Shown: positions 28,187-37,523 of the stretch, piece after piece | How the letters are laid out: each line of letters opens with the position of its first letter | How positions within the stretch are numbered: position 1 is the stretch's first letter | Assembly: GCA_045535095.1 (NCBI GenBank) | Contig: JAZSKY010000002.1 | Location: 1-63,061, forward strand | DNA length: 63,061 nucleotides | Direction: 5' to 3' | Source: Eubacteriales bacterium | Lineage (GTDB): Bacteria > Bacillota > Clostridia > Oscillospirales > CAG-272 | Position numbers and translations under genes: made by a program | Notes under the pieces: generated by a model | Databases searched by the model: none | What the model saw: only the letters and a program-made list of their open reading frames with translations | What the model was told of the DNA's origin: nothing

Positions 28187-28204
28187 GATAGGGTGTTATT
28201 TTGT

Positions 28205-29587
28205 TTATGCTGTGGTTTTTTCCGAAAGTATAACGGAAACGTTCACTGTTCGTCCGTTTCTCATTACGGTTACGATGATCTTGTCGCCGACCTTTGACGC
28301 CGAAAGAATGCTTCGTATAGAATCTCCGCTTTCGACCGTCAGATAGTTGCCTTTTTCATCGGATAGACGGTATATACGGTCTCCGTACTGAAGAACTCCG
28401 TCCGAGTCCTCGGCGTATTTTATATCGCTGTCAACGCCAACGACGTAAACTCCGGGATAAATGGTCGTTCCCCATCTTCCGGACGAAGCGCTTGCATAGT
28501 CGGCAAGCTCTGGGAATTTTGAGAATACGGTGCGGTAGTTAGAGGATGTTACCTGCGCGTAGTCGATGCCGATTTCGGGTCTGCCCGAAACGTATCCCTT
28601 GCTTGCAAGCTGGGAAACTACGTCAATTACGGTGTCGATCGGTATTGCAAAGCCGATTCCCTCAACGTCAACGTCAGATATTTTTGCATTGACTATTCCG
28701 ATAAGCGATCCGTTTATATCGAAGAGTCCGCCACCCGAATTTCCCGAGTTTACAGCGGCGTTTATCTGCATAAGCACCATATTCGAGCCTTCTACCGAGA
28801 TAGAGCGCTCAAGCGAGGAAAGTATTCCGTCTGTTACCGTGCTTGTCAGATATCCGAGAGGATTTCCGATAGCAATTACCGTTTCACCGAGCATAAGCTT
28901 GCTTTTTTCGGTGTTTCTTGCGGTTATGGGACGTGTAGTGCTGCCTTCGGGAATAGTGATTTTAAGAAGTGCAAGATCGGTTGCAGGGTCTGTTGCCATA
29001 CCCTCGGCGAAATACGAGCTTCCGTCTGTAAAGGTGACCTTTATAGTGGTAAATCCCTCTACCACGTGATTACAGGTGACAACGTAACCGTCAGACGTCC
29101 AGAGTACTCCGCTTCCGGTGCTTGCAAGCGAGGTGGCAGAGCTGTCGGTGTAAGCCTGAATGAGAAGAGAAGAATCGTATGCCGCGTAGGTTGCCTTCGT
29201 AAGCTCGCTCGCGTTTACGTCAAGATCGCTCATATTTACGGTTATATTCGTGCCTCCGAGAGTACCTATCTCGCTTTCGTTATAATTTGAGGAGTCCAAA
29301 AGGCCGCCAAGCAGCTTGCACGCTGAATAGATACCGAGCGAGATCGCTCCGATAATAATTGCCGCGGCAAGTGCGAGTACGCCAATGCGCCAGAACGGGG
29401 AAGAGCGCTTTTTCGGCTTGCTCTTTTCGTCCTCGCTCGTAGCCACAGGCTCGCCTTGCGTGCTTTCAGACTCTGTAATGTCCTCGGTGCAGCAGACGTC
29501 ACCCGTTTCAATTTCTTCGGTAACTTCTTTAATTTCTTCGGATATTTCCGCGTTTTTCGAGGTGTGATTATCAAATTCACCGTTCAT
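28205..29587 (-). CDS. htrA: HtrA/DegP-like membrane-anchored serine protease with PDZ
   Basis: Acidic N-terminus, one TM, triad TCNHVV / TDLALLK / GNSGGGL, C-terminal PDZ. Confidence 0.9.
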   Translation of the reverse strand: MNGEFDNHTSKNAEISEEIKEVTEEIETGDVCCTEDITESESTQGEPVATSEDEKSKPKKRSSPFWRIGVLALAAAIIIGAISLGIYSACKLLGGLLDSSNYNESEIGTLGGTNITVNMSDLDVNASELTKATYAAYDSSLLIQAYTDSSATSLASTGSGVLWTSDGYVVTCNHVVEGFTTIKVTFTDGSSYFAEGMATDPATDLALLKITIPEGSTTRPITARNTEKSKLMLGETVIAIGNPLGYLTSTVTDGILSSLERSISVEGSNMVLMQINAAVNSGNSGGGLFDINGSLIGIVNAKISDVDVEGIGFAIPIDTVIDVVSQLASKGYVSGRPEIGIDYAQVTSSNYRTVFSKFPELADYASASSGRWGTTIYPGVYVVGVDSDIKYAEDSDGVLQYGDRIYRLSDEKGNYLTVESGDSIRSILSASKVGDKIIVTVMRNGRTVNVSVILSEKTTA

Positions 29588-29642
29588 AATAACTTATCTC
29601 CTGATCGGTTGCATAGGGTTTTGCGCCAAATGATTTTTATGC

Positions 29643-30683
29643 TTATTTGGTAGAATACTTGTAAGTGGTTTTCTGAGTGTAGGTCTCGCCTGCTTTAAGC
29701 ACTACCGAGGGAAAATCCTTCTGGTTGGGCGAGTCGGGACGTGCGCAGCACTCCATACATACGCAGCCTCTCGGCTTCTGAACGTACTTTCCGTAGAAGG
29801 GGTTATCCTGATCCATACGGTTTCCTGCGTAGATCTGAACTCCGTCCTCGGTGGTGTAAACGTCAACGTTTATGCCGGTCTTCTTCGAGTAAAGGGTAAC
29901 GGCAGGAGCGTCCGCTTCAGAGTGGTTGAGTACCCAGCAGTGGTCGTATCCGCCGCCGCGGCTGAGCTGAATGTCGTCAAACTTATCGATGTCCTGACCG
30001 ATTGTCTTGGTCTTTCTGAAATCGAAGTAAGTGTTTTCAACGTCCGCAACGCCGATCGGAATGAGAAGATCGTCAACTGCTACGAACTTGTCTGCGTCGA
30101 TAGTAAGCTCCTGATCGAGAATGGTCTCGCCGCAGCCCGAGATGCAGAAATAGCTGTGGTTAGTCATCGAAATAACGGTGTCCTTGTCGGTAGTTGCCGC
30201 GTAGTCGATGGTGAATGCGTTGTCGCTCGTAAGAGTGAAGGTGACTGCGATGTCGAGCTTTCCGGGGTAACCCTCCTCGCCGTCCTCCGAAATAAGGGTG
30301 AAGGTAGCCCACGCCTTGTTTTCGTCCTCTGCAACCTCTTTGAGAGTCCATACTCTTACGTCATAGCCGATATTTCCGCCGTGAAGGTGAGTAACGCCTC
30401 TCTCGTTCTTTGCGAGAGTGTACTTTTCGCCGTTGAGGTAGAAAATACCGTCCTTGATACGGTTTGCGTATCTTCCAACGGTAGAGCCCTGATGCTCGGT
30501 GTCGGTGAGATAGCCTTCGAGCGTGTCAAATCCGCCGATGGTCTGAACTCCCTTGTAGTTTATGTCGGCAATTCTTGCTCCATACTCGATAAGAGTGACA
30601 GTCATATCACCCTTTTTAAGTACGCAGCAGTCAACGTTTGTGCCGTCGGGCATAGTGCCGAAATTCTTTCTTACAGTACTCAT
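29643..30683 (-). CDS. galM: Aldose 1-epimerase (galactose mutarotase) (start moved to 30683)
   Basis: GRYANRI, HLHGG, GEEGYPG, MTNHSYF, GYDHCW, CME. Confidence 0.93.
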   Translation of the reverse strand: MSTVRKNFGTMPDGTNVDCCVLKKGDMTVTLIEYGARIADINYKGVQTIGGFDTLEGYLTDTEHQGSTVGRYANRIKDGIFYLNGEKYTLAKNERGVTHLHGGNIGYDVRVWTLKEVAEDENKAWATFTLISEDGEEGYPGKLDIAVTFTLTSDNAFTIDYAATTDKDTVISMTNHSYFCISGCGETILDQELTIDADKFVAVDDLLIPIGVADVENTYFDFRKTKTIGQDIDKFDDIQLSRGGGYDHCWVLNHSEADAPAVTLYSKKTGINVDVYTTEDGVQIYAGNRMDQDNPFYGKYVQKPRGCVCMECCARPDSPNQKDFPSVVLKAGETYTQKTTYKYSTK

Positions 30684-30734
30684 TTTAAATCCTGCCTTCC
30701 GCGCGTTGCGCGCTTGAATGATATTATTTACAAG

Positions 30735-30763
30735 ATTATACAATATTTTTTCGCGCTTGTCAA
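30735..30763 (-). promoter_or_regulatory. Sigma-A promoter for galM
   Basis: TTGACA-17-TATAAT with an extended -10 TG. Confidence 0.85.
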
Positions 30764-30815
30764 TCAAAAAAGAGGCTTTTCCGAAGAAAAACCTCTTTAA
30801 AAGTGCTGATATTGT

Positions 30816-32278
30816 TTATTTCATCGCCTTTTTTGCCATTCCGGGCGCTTGACTTGCGTCGAGAACCTTGTGAATATACTCTTCATTCTTGTACACAAAA
30901 TCAGAGAAAGCGGAAAGGCACTTATTCTTTTCGTCCTCGTTTTCTCCCACGCTTGCTATGATGCAGTCTGCGTAGAGATGGAGGTATTTCGTGTGGAAGG
31001 AAAGATATTCCCAAGACCTTTTCCCAGCCGCTGAGCAGGGCGAAATTCGCCTCTACCTCCTTCGGGGAAACGAGCTTGTTTCTTACGTACTCAGGCTCGG
31101 TATATTTTTTAGACATATCAAGCTCGTCGTAGCTTGTGGTGTAGGTTCTCGATATGGGCGCGAACATAAGAACAAAGCGGTCGGGACTCTTCAGCTTTTC
31201 CTTGATGGGCGCCCACAAAAGGTCGAAATAGACGAGGAACACTATCTTCGTGTCGATTCCTTTTTTGGTAAGAAGCTCGTCTGCCTCGTTGAGCATCATT
31301 ACGAAATAATCGGAGGGACGCTCGACGCACGCCTTACATTCACAGTTGTTGTTAGAGCTGTCCGCAAGCCAGAAATGAAGGTGTTTGACGTCACGATTTT
31401 CCTCGCAGTACTCGGCAATTTTTGAGGTTATAGCGGCGCGGACCTCTTTGTTTGAATAGCAGAGATTTGTGTTGAGCGGAACGTTGTGATGGAATTTCCT
31501 CTCGCCGCCCACCATTGCAAGATAATCCTTGATATTTTCGGGTATCGTAGGATCTGCCAGCTTTTCCCAGCTGTCGCCTGTGATGCCAAAGGGCTCACAC
31601 GTCCAGCCGTGTCCGACCTTGTGAAGAAGGAGTCCGCGCTTTTTTATCTCGTTTGTGAGAGACGAGACGATAGAATCAATGTTCTCGCGCGTGATGTTTT
31701 CGGGCGCACAGTACGGATTATAGGTGTGATCGTACCAGATTCTGAAAAAGTGCGTAGGTCTGAAAAACTGGAAGAAGTATCCGCTCATGCCGACGCGCGG
31801 TATCCATTTTATCATATTGAGAACGTGCTCGTACGAGGTTGCGCCCTCGATACAAATTGCTCTGTGTCTGTACGACGCCTTTTCCGCTACGCTCACGTTA
31901 AGAGAGTCTATTTTGAAGGAGGGAATTACCTCCCCGTCGTCGGTCGGTCTTACCCACGCAACACCGACCTCGCGCAGGAAACGGTATGCAGCAATAAGCA
32001 CTGCTCTCGAGTTGCACCCTGTGATGATTCCTGCGTTATTTTCAACGCTTATATAAATTGCATCGTCGAGCTTTTTGTCGGTAGTCACGGGATTTTAGAG
32101 GCAAAGCTCTCGCTCTCGCCGATCCATATTACCCCCTGCACGCCCTCGTCGTAATCGGGGTATGAGCGTATGTCAAGAAAGAGGGTATCGTCGATAGCCT
32201 GAGACAGCGGTAAAGCTCGTCTGCGGCGTAATTTACAGTATCGTTTTTGCCGATCTTTGCAATAATTATCTGTGTCAT
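30816..32278 (-). pseudogene. Disrupted DUF4838-like (glycoside-hydrolase-fold) protein: two -1 frameshifts near the 5' end and a frame break/probable deletion near the 3' end
   Basis: SD+ATG at 32278 reads MTQIIIAKIGKNDTVNYAADELYRCLR; next frame IDDTLFLDIR...FASKIP; next frame 30922-32088 (SYRHRAICIEG, GHGWTCEPFG, NLCYSN, CECKAC); then another frame SWEYLSFHTKY...KKAMK* to 30816. Confidence 0.75.
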
Positions 32279-32339
32279 TTTGCGTTCTCCTCAGATAAAA
32301 ATAAGAATGTGTAGATAAAAGAAAAAAGAAGATTTTTTG

Positions 32340-32873
32340 TCAAAAAGCTTCTTTTTTGTAAATACTGTTTCCGTAAATATCGGTTCCGACGAAAAGAGGG
32401 AAATCCTCAAATTCGAGCGCACGGATAGCCTCGCAACCGAGATCGTCGTACGCTACCGTTTCTGCGCTTTTTATGTGTGATGTCGCGATCGCTCCCGCAC
32501 CGCCGATTGCGACGAGATATAGCGCTCCGTTTCGTACCTGTGCCTCTGTGACAGCCTCGCTACGCTCGCCCTTGCCGATCATAGCGGCAAGTCCGAGGTC
32601 GAGAAGTCTGGGCGAAAAAACGTCCATTCTCGACGAGGTGGTAGGACCGCACGATCCGATAGAAAGCCCGTTTTTCTCGGGGGTAGGACCTGCGTAGTAA
32701 ATAGCCGCGTCCTTTATGTCAAAGGGGAGATTTTCGCCGCTGTCAAGCGATTTTATCATTCTCGCGTGCGCTGCATCTCTTGCAGTATAAACCTTGCCCG
32801 AAAGGAGAATTTTGTCTCCTGCGCGCAGATCCTTTGCTATCTCCCTGAGCTTTGAAACATTGACCTTGATCAT
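32340..32873 (-). CDS. Fe-S fumarate/tartrate hydro-lyase beta subunit (class I fumarase C-terminal part)
   Basis: LSGKVYTARDAAH, IYYAGPTP, GPTTSSRMD, MIGKGER, GGAGA, DLGCEA. Confidence 0.9.
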   Translation of the reverse strand: MIKVNVSKLREIAKDLRAGDKILLSGKVYTARDAAHARMIKSLDSGENLPFDIKDAAIYYAGPTPEKNGLSIGSCGPTTSSRMDVFSPRLLDLGLAAMIGKGERSEAVTEAQVRNGALYLVAIGGAGAIATSHIKSAETVAYDDLGCEAIRALEFEDFPLFVGTDIYGNSIYKKEAF

Positions 32874-32937
32874 TGGCTGTTTCCTTTTTAGTTTTAGTAA
32901 AAGTTTTTTGAAGCTTAAAGGGACAAAGCCCCTTGGC

Positions 32938-33945
32938 TTAAAGTATCATTACGCCCTTTTCAGCACATTCCTCGCGAACGTCGTCGGGCCATACGGACGA
33001 CTGTACCTCGCCGATATGCGCCTTGCGAAGGAAGAACATACACATTCTCGACTGACCGATACCGCCACCGACAGTATAGGGAAGCTTGCCCTCAAGGAGT
33101 GCCTTGTGGAAGGGAAGCTCGGCTCTCTCGGGACAGCCTGCGATCTCAAGCTGCTTGAGAAGCGACTTTTCGTCAACTCTTATACCCATCGAGGAAAGCT
33201 CAAGCGCAATATCAAGAACGGGATAATATACGATAATATCGCCGTTGAGATTCCAGTCGTCGTAGTCGGGTGCGCGTCCGTCGTGCGGCTTGCCCGATTT
33301 CAGAGCGCCGCCTATCTTCATAATAAATATAGCGCCGTATTCCTTTGCCGCGAGATACTCTCTTTCCTTGCCCGTCTTGTCGGGATAGCGGTCCTCAAGC
33401 TCCTGCGAGGTGATGAAGGTGATATGCTCGGGGAGGAGTCTGCCGATAAACTGATAATCGTCCGTTATGTAGTTTTCGGTGTGACGGAGTGCGCGGTAGA
33501 TTCTGTTTACCGTGAGCTTTAAAACCTCCTCGGTACGCTCCTCGGAGGTGATAACTCTCTCCCAGTCCCACTGGTCAACGTATATCGAGTGAATGTTGTC
33601 GGTCTCCTCGTCACGACGGATAGCCGTCATATCGGTGTAGAGACCCTCGCCCGGCTCAAATCCGTAGTATGCAAGCGCAGAACGTTTCCATTTTGCAAGC
33701 GAGTGGACTATCTCGCAGTCCTTTCCGCTCTCAAGAAGATCGAAGCTTACGGGACGCTCGTATCCGTTGAGAGTATCGTTAAGTCCCGATGAGGATTCAA
33801 CGAATATCGGCGCGGAAACACGGGTAAGATTTAACTGTATTGCGAGGTCTCTCTCGAAAAAGTCCTTTACCTTTTTTATTGCAGACTGTGTCTGACGCAG
33901 GTTAAGCTCAGAGCGATAGCCCTCGGGAATGTATAATTTAGACAT
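32938..33945 (-). CDS. asnA: Aspartate--ammonia ligase
   Basis: [48 protein letters not shown]. Confidence 0.96.
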   Translation of the reverse strand: MSKLYIPEGYRSELNLRQTQSAIKKVKDFFERDLAIQLNLTRVSAPIFVESSSGLNDTLNGYERPVSFDLLESGKDCEIVHSLAKWKRSALAYYGFEPGEGLYTDMTAIRRDEETDNIHSIYVDQWDWERVITSEERTEEVLKLTVNRIYRALRHTENYITDDYQFIGRLLPEHITFITSQELEDRYPDKTGKEREYLAAKEYGAIFIMKIGGALKSGKPHDGRAPDYDDWNLNGDIIVYYPVLDIALELSSMGIRVDEKSLLKQLEIAGCPERAELPFHKALLEGKLPYTVGGGIGQSRMCMFFLRKAHIGEVQSSVWPDDVREECAEKGVMIL

Positions 33946-33986
33946 AAAAATCAGTCCTTTCGACGTTTAACTGAAAATAATGATTC

Positions 33987-34015
33987 ATTATAACACATTT
34001 TTCCGAAATTGTCAA
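33987..34015 (-). promoter_or_regulatory. Sigma-A promoter for asnA (divergent pair)
   Basis: TTGACA-17-TATAAT on the minus strand. Confidence 0.88.
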
Positions 34016-34044
34016 TAAAAATGCGCGAAAAAATACGAAAACTC

Positions 34045-34073
34045 TTGACATACGCGTCCGTCACGATTATAAT
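34045..34073 (+). promoter_or_regulatory. Sigma-A promoter for gmk (divergent pair)
   Basis: TTGACA-17-TATAAT. Confidence 0.88.
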
Positions 34074-34124
34074 ATCAACAAGCAGTCAGCTTTTCTTTTA
34101 TGATATGATAGGAGATTCAAAAGA

Positions 34125-34922
34125 ATGTTAGTTATTTTTTCGGGTTGCTCGGGAGTCGGAAAGAACACAGTTATAAACAAGCTCATTTCCGAAAATGACA
34201 GCTACGGCATAATGCCCACCTACACCACAAGAGACAGACGACCCGGCGAAAAGGACGGCGTTCCGTACTATTTTCTTACCGACGAGCAGTTCGAGGCGAA
34301 GATAGAAAGCGGCGAGTTCTACGAATACGAAAGAGTGCACAATCATTATTACGGCACCTCGAGAAAGCTTCTCGCTGAAAGCGTTGCGAGCGGTAAAACT
34401 CTTATGAAGGATATCGACGTTAACGGTGCTGTGAATCTTTCCAATATACTTAAAAACGACGTCAAGACAGTACCTCTTTTCCTCTACGTTGAAAGCGCAG
34501 ACGTTCTCGTTGAGCGCCTTATCGGAAGAGGCGAGAAGGATATCGAGCTTAGACTCAAGAGATACGAGTTCGAGATGTCCAAGATAAACTGCTACTCCTA
34601 CATTATAGATAATAAGTCTCTCGAGGACACCTCCAAGATGGTGGACTCGCTTATAAAGCTCGAAAAGAGCGGCGAAAAAATACTTTCCAATATTAAGAAA
34701 GAGGATATTTCCGCGGAAAAGATTGCCGAGGCGCTCAAGCTTTACGAGAGCGGAGAATATCCCGAGCCCGTAAAGGTCAGCGTGTGTGACGGAAAGTTCG
34801 TCATTACCGAGGGCGTTGAGAGATATATCGCTTCGCTCAAGGCAGATAAAACGGTTGCAAAGGATCTCGTTCTTGTCAGCGAGAGTTTTGAGGCAAACGA
34901 CGATTTTTACAGCCTCGTTTAA
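34125..34922 (+). CDS. gmk: Guanylate kinase with a ~80-aa C-terminal extension
   Basis: SGCSGVGKNT, TTRDRRPGEKDGVPYYF, HYYGTS, DIDVNGA; 265 aa is longer than a usual ~190-210 aa Gmk. Confidence 0.88.
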   Translation: MLVIFSGCSGVGKNTVINKLISENDSYGIMPTYTTRDRRPGEKDGVPYYFLTDEQFEAKIESGEFYEYERVHNHYYGTSRKLLAESVASGKTLMKDIDVNGAVNLSNILKNDVKTVPLFLYVESADVLVERLIGRGEKDIELRLKRYEFEMSKINCYSYIIDNKSLEDTSKMVDSLIKLEKSGEKILSNIKKEDISAEKIAEALKLYESGEYPEPVKVSVCDGKFVITEGVERYIASLKADKTVAKDLVLVSESFEANDDFYSLV

Positions 34923-34930
34923 TAAAAAGC

Positions 34931-34960
34931 AAAAACGACTTGCAAAAGCAAGTCGTTTTT
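34931..34960. terminator. Bidirectional terminator between gmk and tRNA-Leu
   Basis: AAAAACGACTTGC-AAAA-GCAAGTCGTTTTT. Confidence 0.88.
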
Positions 34961-34962
34961 TA

Positions 34963-35046
34963 TGCCGGTGGCGGGGGTCGAACCCGCACCCCGTTGCCGG
35001 GACCGGATTTTGAGTCCGGCGCGTCTGCCAGTTCCACCACACCGGC
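34963..35046 (-). tRNA. tRNA-Leu (CAA)
   Basis: GCCGGTGTGGTGGAACTGGCAGAC...CCGGA-CTCAAAA-TCCGG, long variable arm, GGTTCGACCC, 84 nt. Confidence 0.95.
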
Positions 35047-35128
35047 GAAGTTACTTCGGTATTATAGCACAGACTTTCAAAAAAATCAACACTTTTAAAA
35101 ATTTTTTTATTTTTTCTTAAAAATACTA

Positions 35129-35157
35129 TTGACAAATCGATTTTGCTCTGCTATAAT
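35129..35157 (+). promoter_or_regulatory. Sigma-A promoter for tRNA-Thr
   Basis: TTGACA-17-TATAAT. Confidence 0.88.
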
Positions 35158-35183
35158 GCAAAGGTACTCAGCGAGAGCGCTAT

Positions 35184-35241
<58 letters not shown>

Positions 35242-35256
<15 letters not shown>

Positions 35257-35429
35257 TAAACGAAAAACACACCCAAGCGGGTGTGTTTTTTTGTTTAAAA
35301 TTACTCTCGCTTCAAATCGGGTTTTGCGAGCGAAGCGAAGCAAAGACCGGTTCGTGGTTCCTCGAACGCAGTGAGAGTATCCGGGTAGTAGCTTAAAATA
35401 AAAAGCAACCCAAACGGGTGTGTTTTTTT
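35242..35429 (+). repeat. Direct repeat of the tRNA-Thr 3' end plus terminator (period 137 bp) enclosing a palindromic 76-bp element
   Basis: ATCCGGGTAGTAGCTTAAA exact at 35242-35260 and 35379-35397, both followed by ...ACCCAA.CGGGTGTGTTTTTTT. Confidence 0.88.
35263..35292 (+). terminator. Intrinsic terminator after tRNA-Thr
   Basis: AAAAACACACCC-AAGC-GGGTGTGTTTTTTT. Confidence 0.85.
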
Positions 35430-35440
35430 CGCTTTTCCTC

Positions 35441-35469
35441 TTGACACCGCGAAAGACGCGTGATATAAT
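35441..35469 (+). promoter_or_regulatory. Sigma-A promoter for the GLUG surface protein
   Basis: TTGACA-17-TATAAT. Confidence 0.85.
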
Positions 35470-35514
35470 CATTTTCGTCGGTTTTCGACAAAAATTCACA
35501 CTAAGAGGCAGTTT

Positions 35515-37503
35515 ATGTGCGTCAAAAAACGGCTTTTTTATACTTTGTTCTTAATAGCGTTTGCGAGTGCGGCAGTTCTTGGAAACGCCTTTTTTGTAAA
35601 CGCAGAGGAGATCGGATCTGTGGCAAGTGCGTTCTCTTCGGGAATTGGCACGAAAAACGATCCGTACGTTATAAAAACTTCGGCTGAGCTTGAGTTCTTT
35701 GCTGAAAGCGTGAACAACGGAAATTCGTACGAAGGTAAATATATAGTGCTTGGCGCTGATATTATAATGAACGACGAGACCTTTGCTTTTGATTCTGACA
35801 GCGGACTTGTGAAGATAACAGACTCGGATAATACTGTATGGCTCGGATCGGGTGTGCGTGGCGATAAAAGCGGAGGAAATGCTACGTTTGACAATACTCC
35901 GAGCGAGATCGGCGCGTTTTACGAAAGTCCGTATTCCCCTGAGCGCGTATCTTATGGTGGCGACCTTCTGAGACATACTCCGATAGGAAAGAAAACCCAA
36001 CCGTTTTCCGGATATTTTGACGGTTGCGGATATACTGTAACGGGACTTTGCTGTATAGAGCCGATAAAAAATTTCATCGGACTTTTCGGATATACAGAAG
36101 GCGCATCCATCAGGAATGTTACACTTGAAAATTCCTGCATCTGCGGCAATTCTTCTGTTGGCGCAATAGTTGGAAATCTTGTGGATTCACATATTACCTC
36201 GTCTGCCTCGGACGCTAGCGTGGTGGGAGGGGGAATCCTCGGAGGAGTGGTTGGTCATCTTCTCGATTCGGATCTTTCCGAATGCTACAATCTTGGTGCG
36301 ATCATCGGATCTGAAAAGGTCGGCGGAGTAGTCGGCGTGAATCAGGGCGACGTTACGAATTCATACAACGCAGGACTCGTTTGTGCCGATGCGCTTGTCG
36401 GAGGTATAGCCGGACAAAATATTGGACGGATAAGCACGTCATACAATCTCGGAAAAGTATTCGCACTGCGCGATTTTGGCGCAATATCCGGGTCCGGTGA
36501 GAATGGAATACAAAATTCCTTTTATATAAACGGATCGCTCGGTGAGGACTGTGACGGAATGACAGATGCTCAGATGAGAGATGCCGACACCTACGATGGC
36601 TTTGATTTTACGTCGGTCTGGACTCTTGACGATAACCCCTCGTATCCGTACCCGACGCTTGTTTCTGTAAGTCACATCTATAAAGAACATATCCACACGT
36701 ATAAAAACGATTGTGACGTTTCGTGCGACAGCTGCGGTTACGAAAGAAAAATAAGCCATTCTTACGGCTCGGAGCTTCAGAAGGATGAAAGCGCGCACTA
36801 TTTAGTGTGTAGCGTATGCGGTAATATAGGAAAGGTCAGTGCCCATAAATACGACGATGCTTGCGACAGTATCTGCAACGAATGCTCGTTTGACAGAAAC
36901 GTTTATCACGATTTTTCTGCTGCTTGGTACTCGGATAGCAAGTGTCACTGGAACGAATGTACACGCTGCGGCGAAAGAATAAATGAAGGCGCTCACGAGG
37001 GCGGCAAGGAAGCAACCGAGGGAAGCCCCAAGACCTGTAAGATATGCTCGTATATTATCGAGCCCGCTCTCGGTCATAAGCACTCCTATACAGGCAAGTG
37101 GCTCAGTAGCGACGATGGGCATTATAAGGAGTGTGAGTGCGGTCAGAAAAGCGACCTTTCTCCGCACGAATGGGACTCGGGAACTATCACAAAATTTCCC
37201 ACCGCTGATAACCCCGGAACGTACACTTATAAGTGCGACGTATGTGCGCGAAAGCGTGTTGAATACGTTGAAGATATTACAGATATAATCTATCCCGACA
37301 ACGAAGAAACGGACGCTTCTGACGGCGATACAAGTGAGGAAATACTTCGCGAAAATAACGTCTATCCTATCGAGGAAAACGATAAAAATATCAGCCTTGC
37401 GCTCAGCATAGGAGCGCTCGTTATAGGACTTCTCAATCTTGTAATGTTTGCCGTAATTATCGTGATTTTGTTAAAGAAAAATGAAAACGGAAGGAATAAA
37501 TAA
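35515..37503 (+). CDS. Surface protein: GLUG-motif beta-helix, His/Cys repeat stalk, C-terminal TM anchor
   Basis: Signal peptide; GTKNDPYVIKTSAEL, FSGYFDGCGYTVTGL, GLFG, repeated VGGIAG/VGGVVG; many H..CxxC repeats; TM + KK tail. Confidence 0.8.
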   Translation: MCVKKRLFYTLFLIAFASAAVLGNAFFVNAEEIGSVASAFSSGIGTKNDPYVIKTSAELEFFAESVNNGNSYEGKYIVLGADIIMNDETFAFDSDSGLVKITDSDNTVWLGSGVRGDKSGGNATFDNTPSEIGAFYESPYSPERVSYGGDLLRHTPIGKKTQPFSGYFDGCGYTVTGLCCIEPIKNFIGLFGYTEGASIRNVTLENSCICGNSSVGAIVGNLVDSHITSSASDASVVGGGILGGVVGHLLDSDLSECYNLGAIIGSEKVGGVVGVNQGDVTNSYNAGLVCADALVGGIAGQNIGRISTSYNLGKVFALRDFGAISGSGENGIQNSFYINGSLGEDCDGMTDAQMRDADTYDGFDFTSVWTLDDNPSYPYPTLVSVSHIYKEHIHTYKNDCDVSCDSCGYERKISHSYGSELQKDESAHYLVCSVCGNIGKVSAHKYDDACDSICNECSFDRNVYHDFSAAWYSDSKCHWNECTRCGERINEGAHEGGKEATEGSPKTCKICSYIIEPALGHKHSYTGKWLSSDDGHYKECECGQKSDLSPHEWDSGTITKFPTADNPGTYTYKCDVCARKRVEYVEDITDIIYPDNEETDASDGDTSEEILRENNVYPIEENDKNISLALSIGALVIGLLNLVMFAVIIVILLKKNENGRNK

Positions 37504-37516
37504 TTCCTTCCGTTTT
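37484..37516. terminator. Bidirectional terminator between convergent genes
   Basis: AAAACGGAAGGAAT-AAATA-ATTCCTTCCGTTTT. Confidence 0.85.
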
Positions 37517-37523
37517 TCTGTTT

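Noticed and set aside
30922-32088. 388-aa ORF as an intact gene
   Set aside because: No RBS at its GTG; the true N-terminus and C-terminus lie in other frames, so it is treated as part of a pseudogene.
33946-33986. T-box leader for asnA
   Set aside because: The consensus promoter is only ~40 nt from the start codon.
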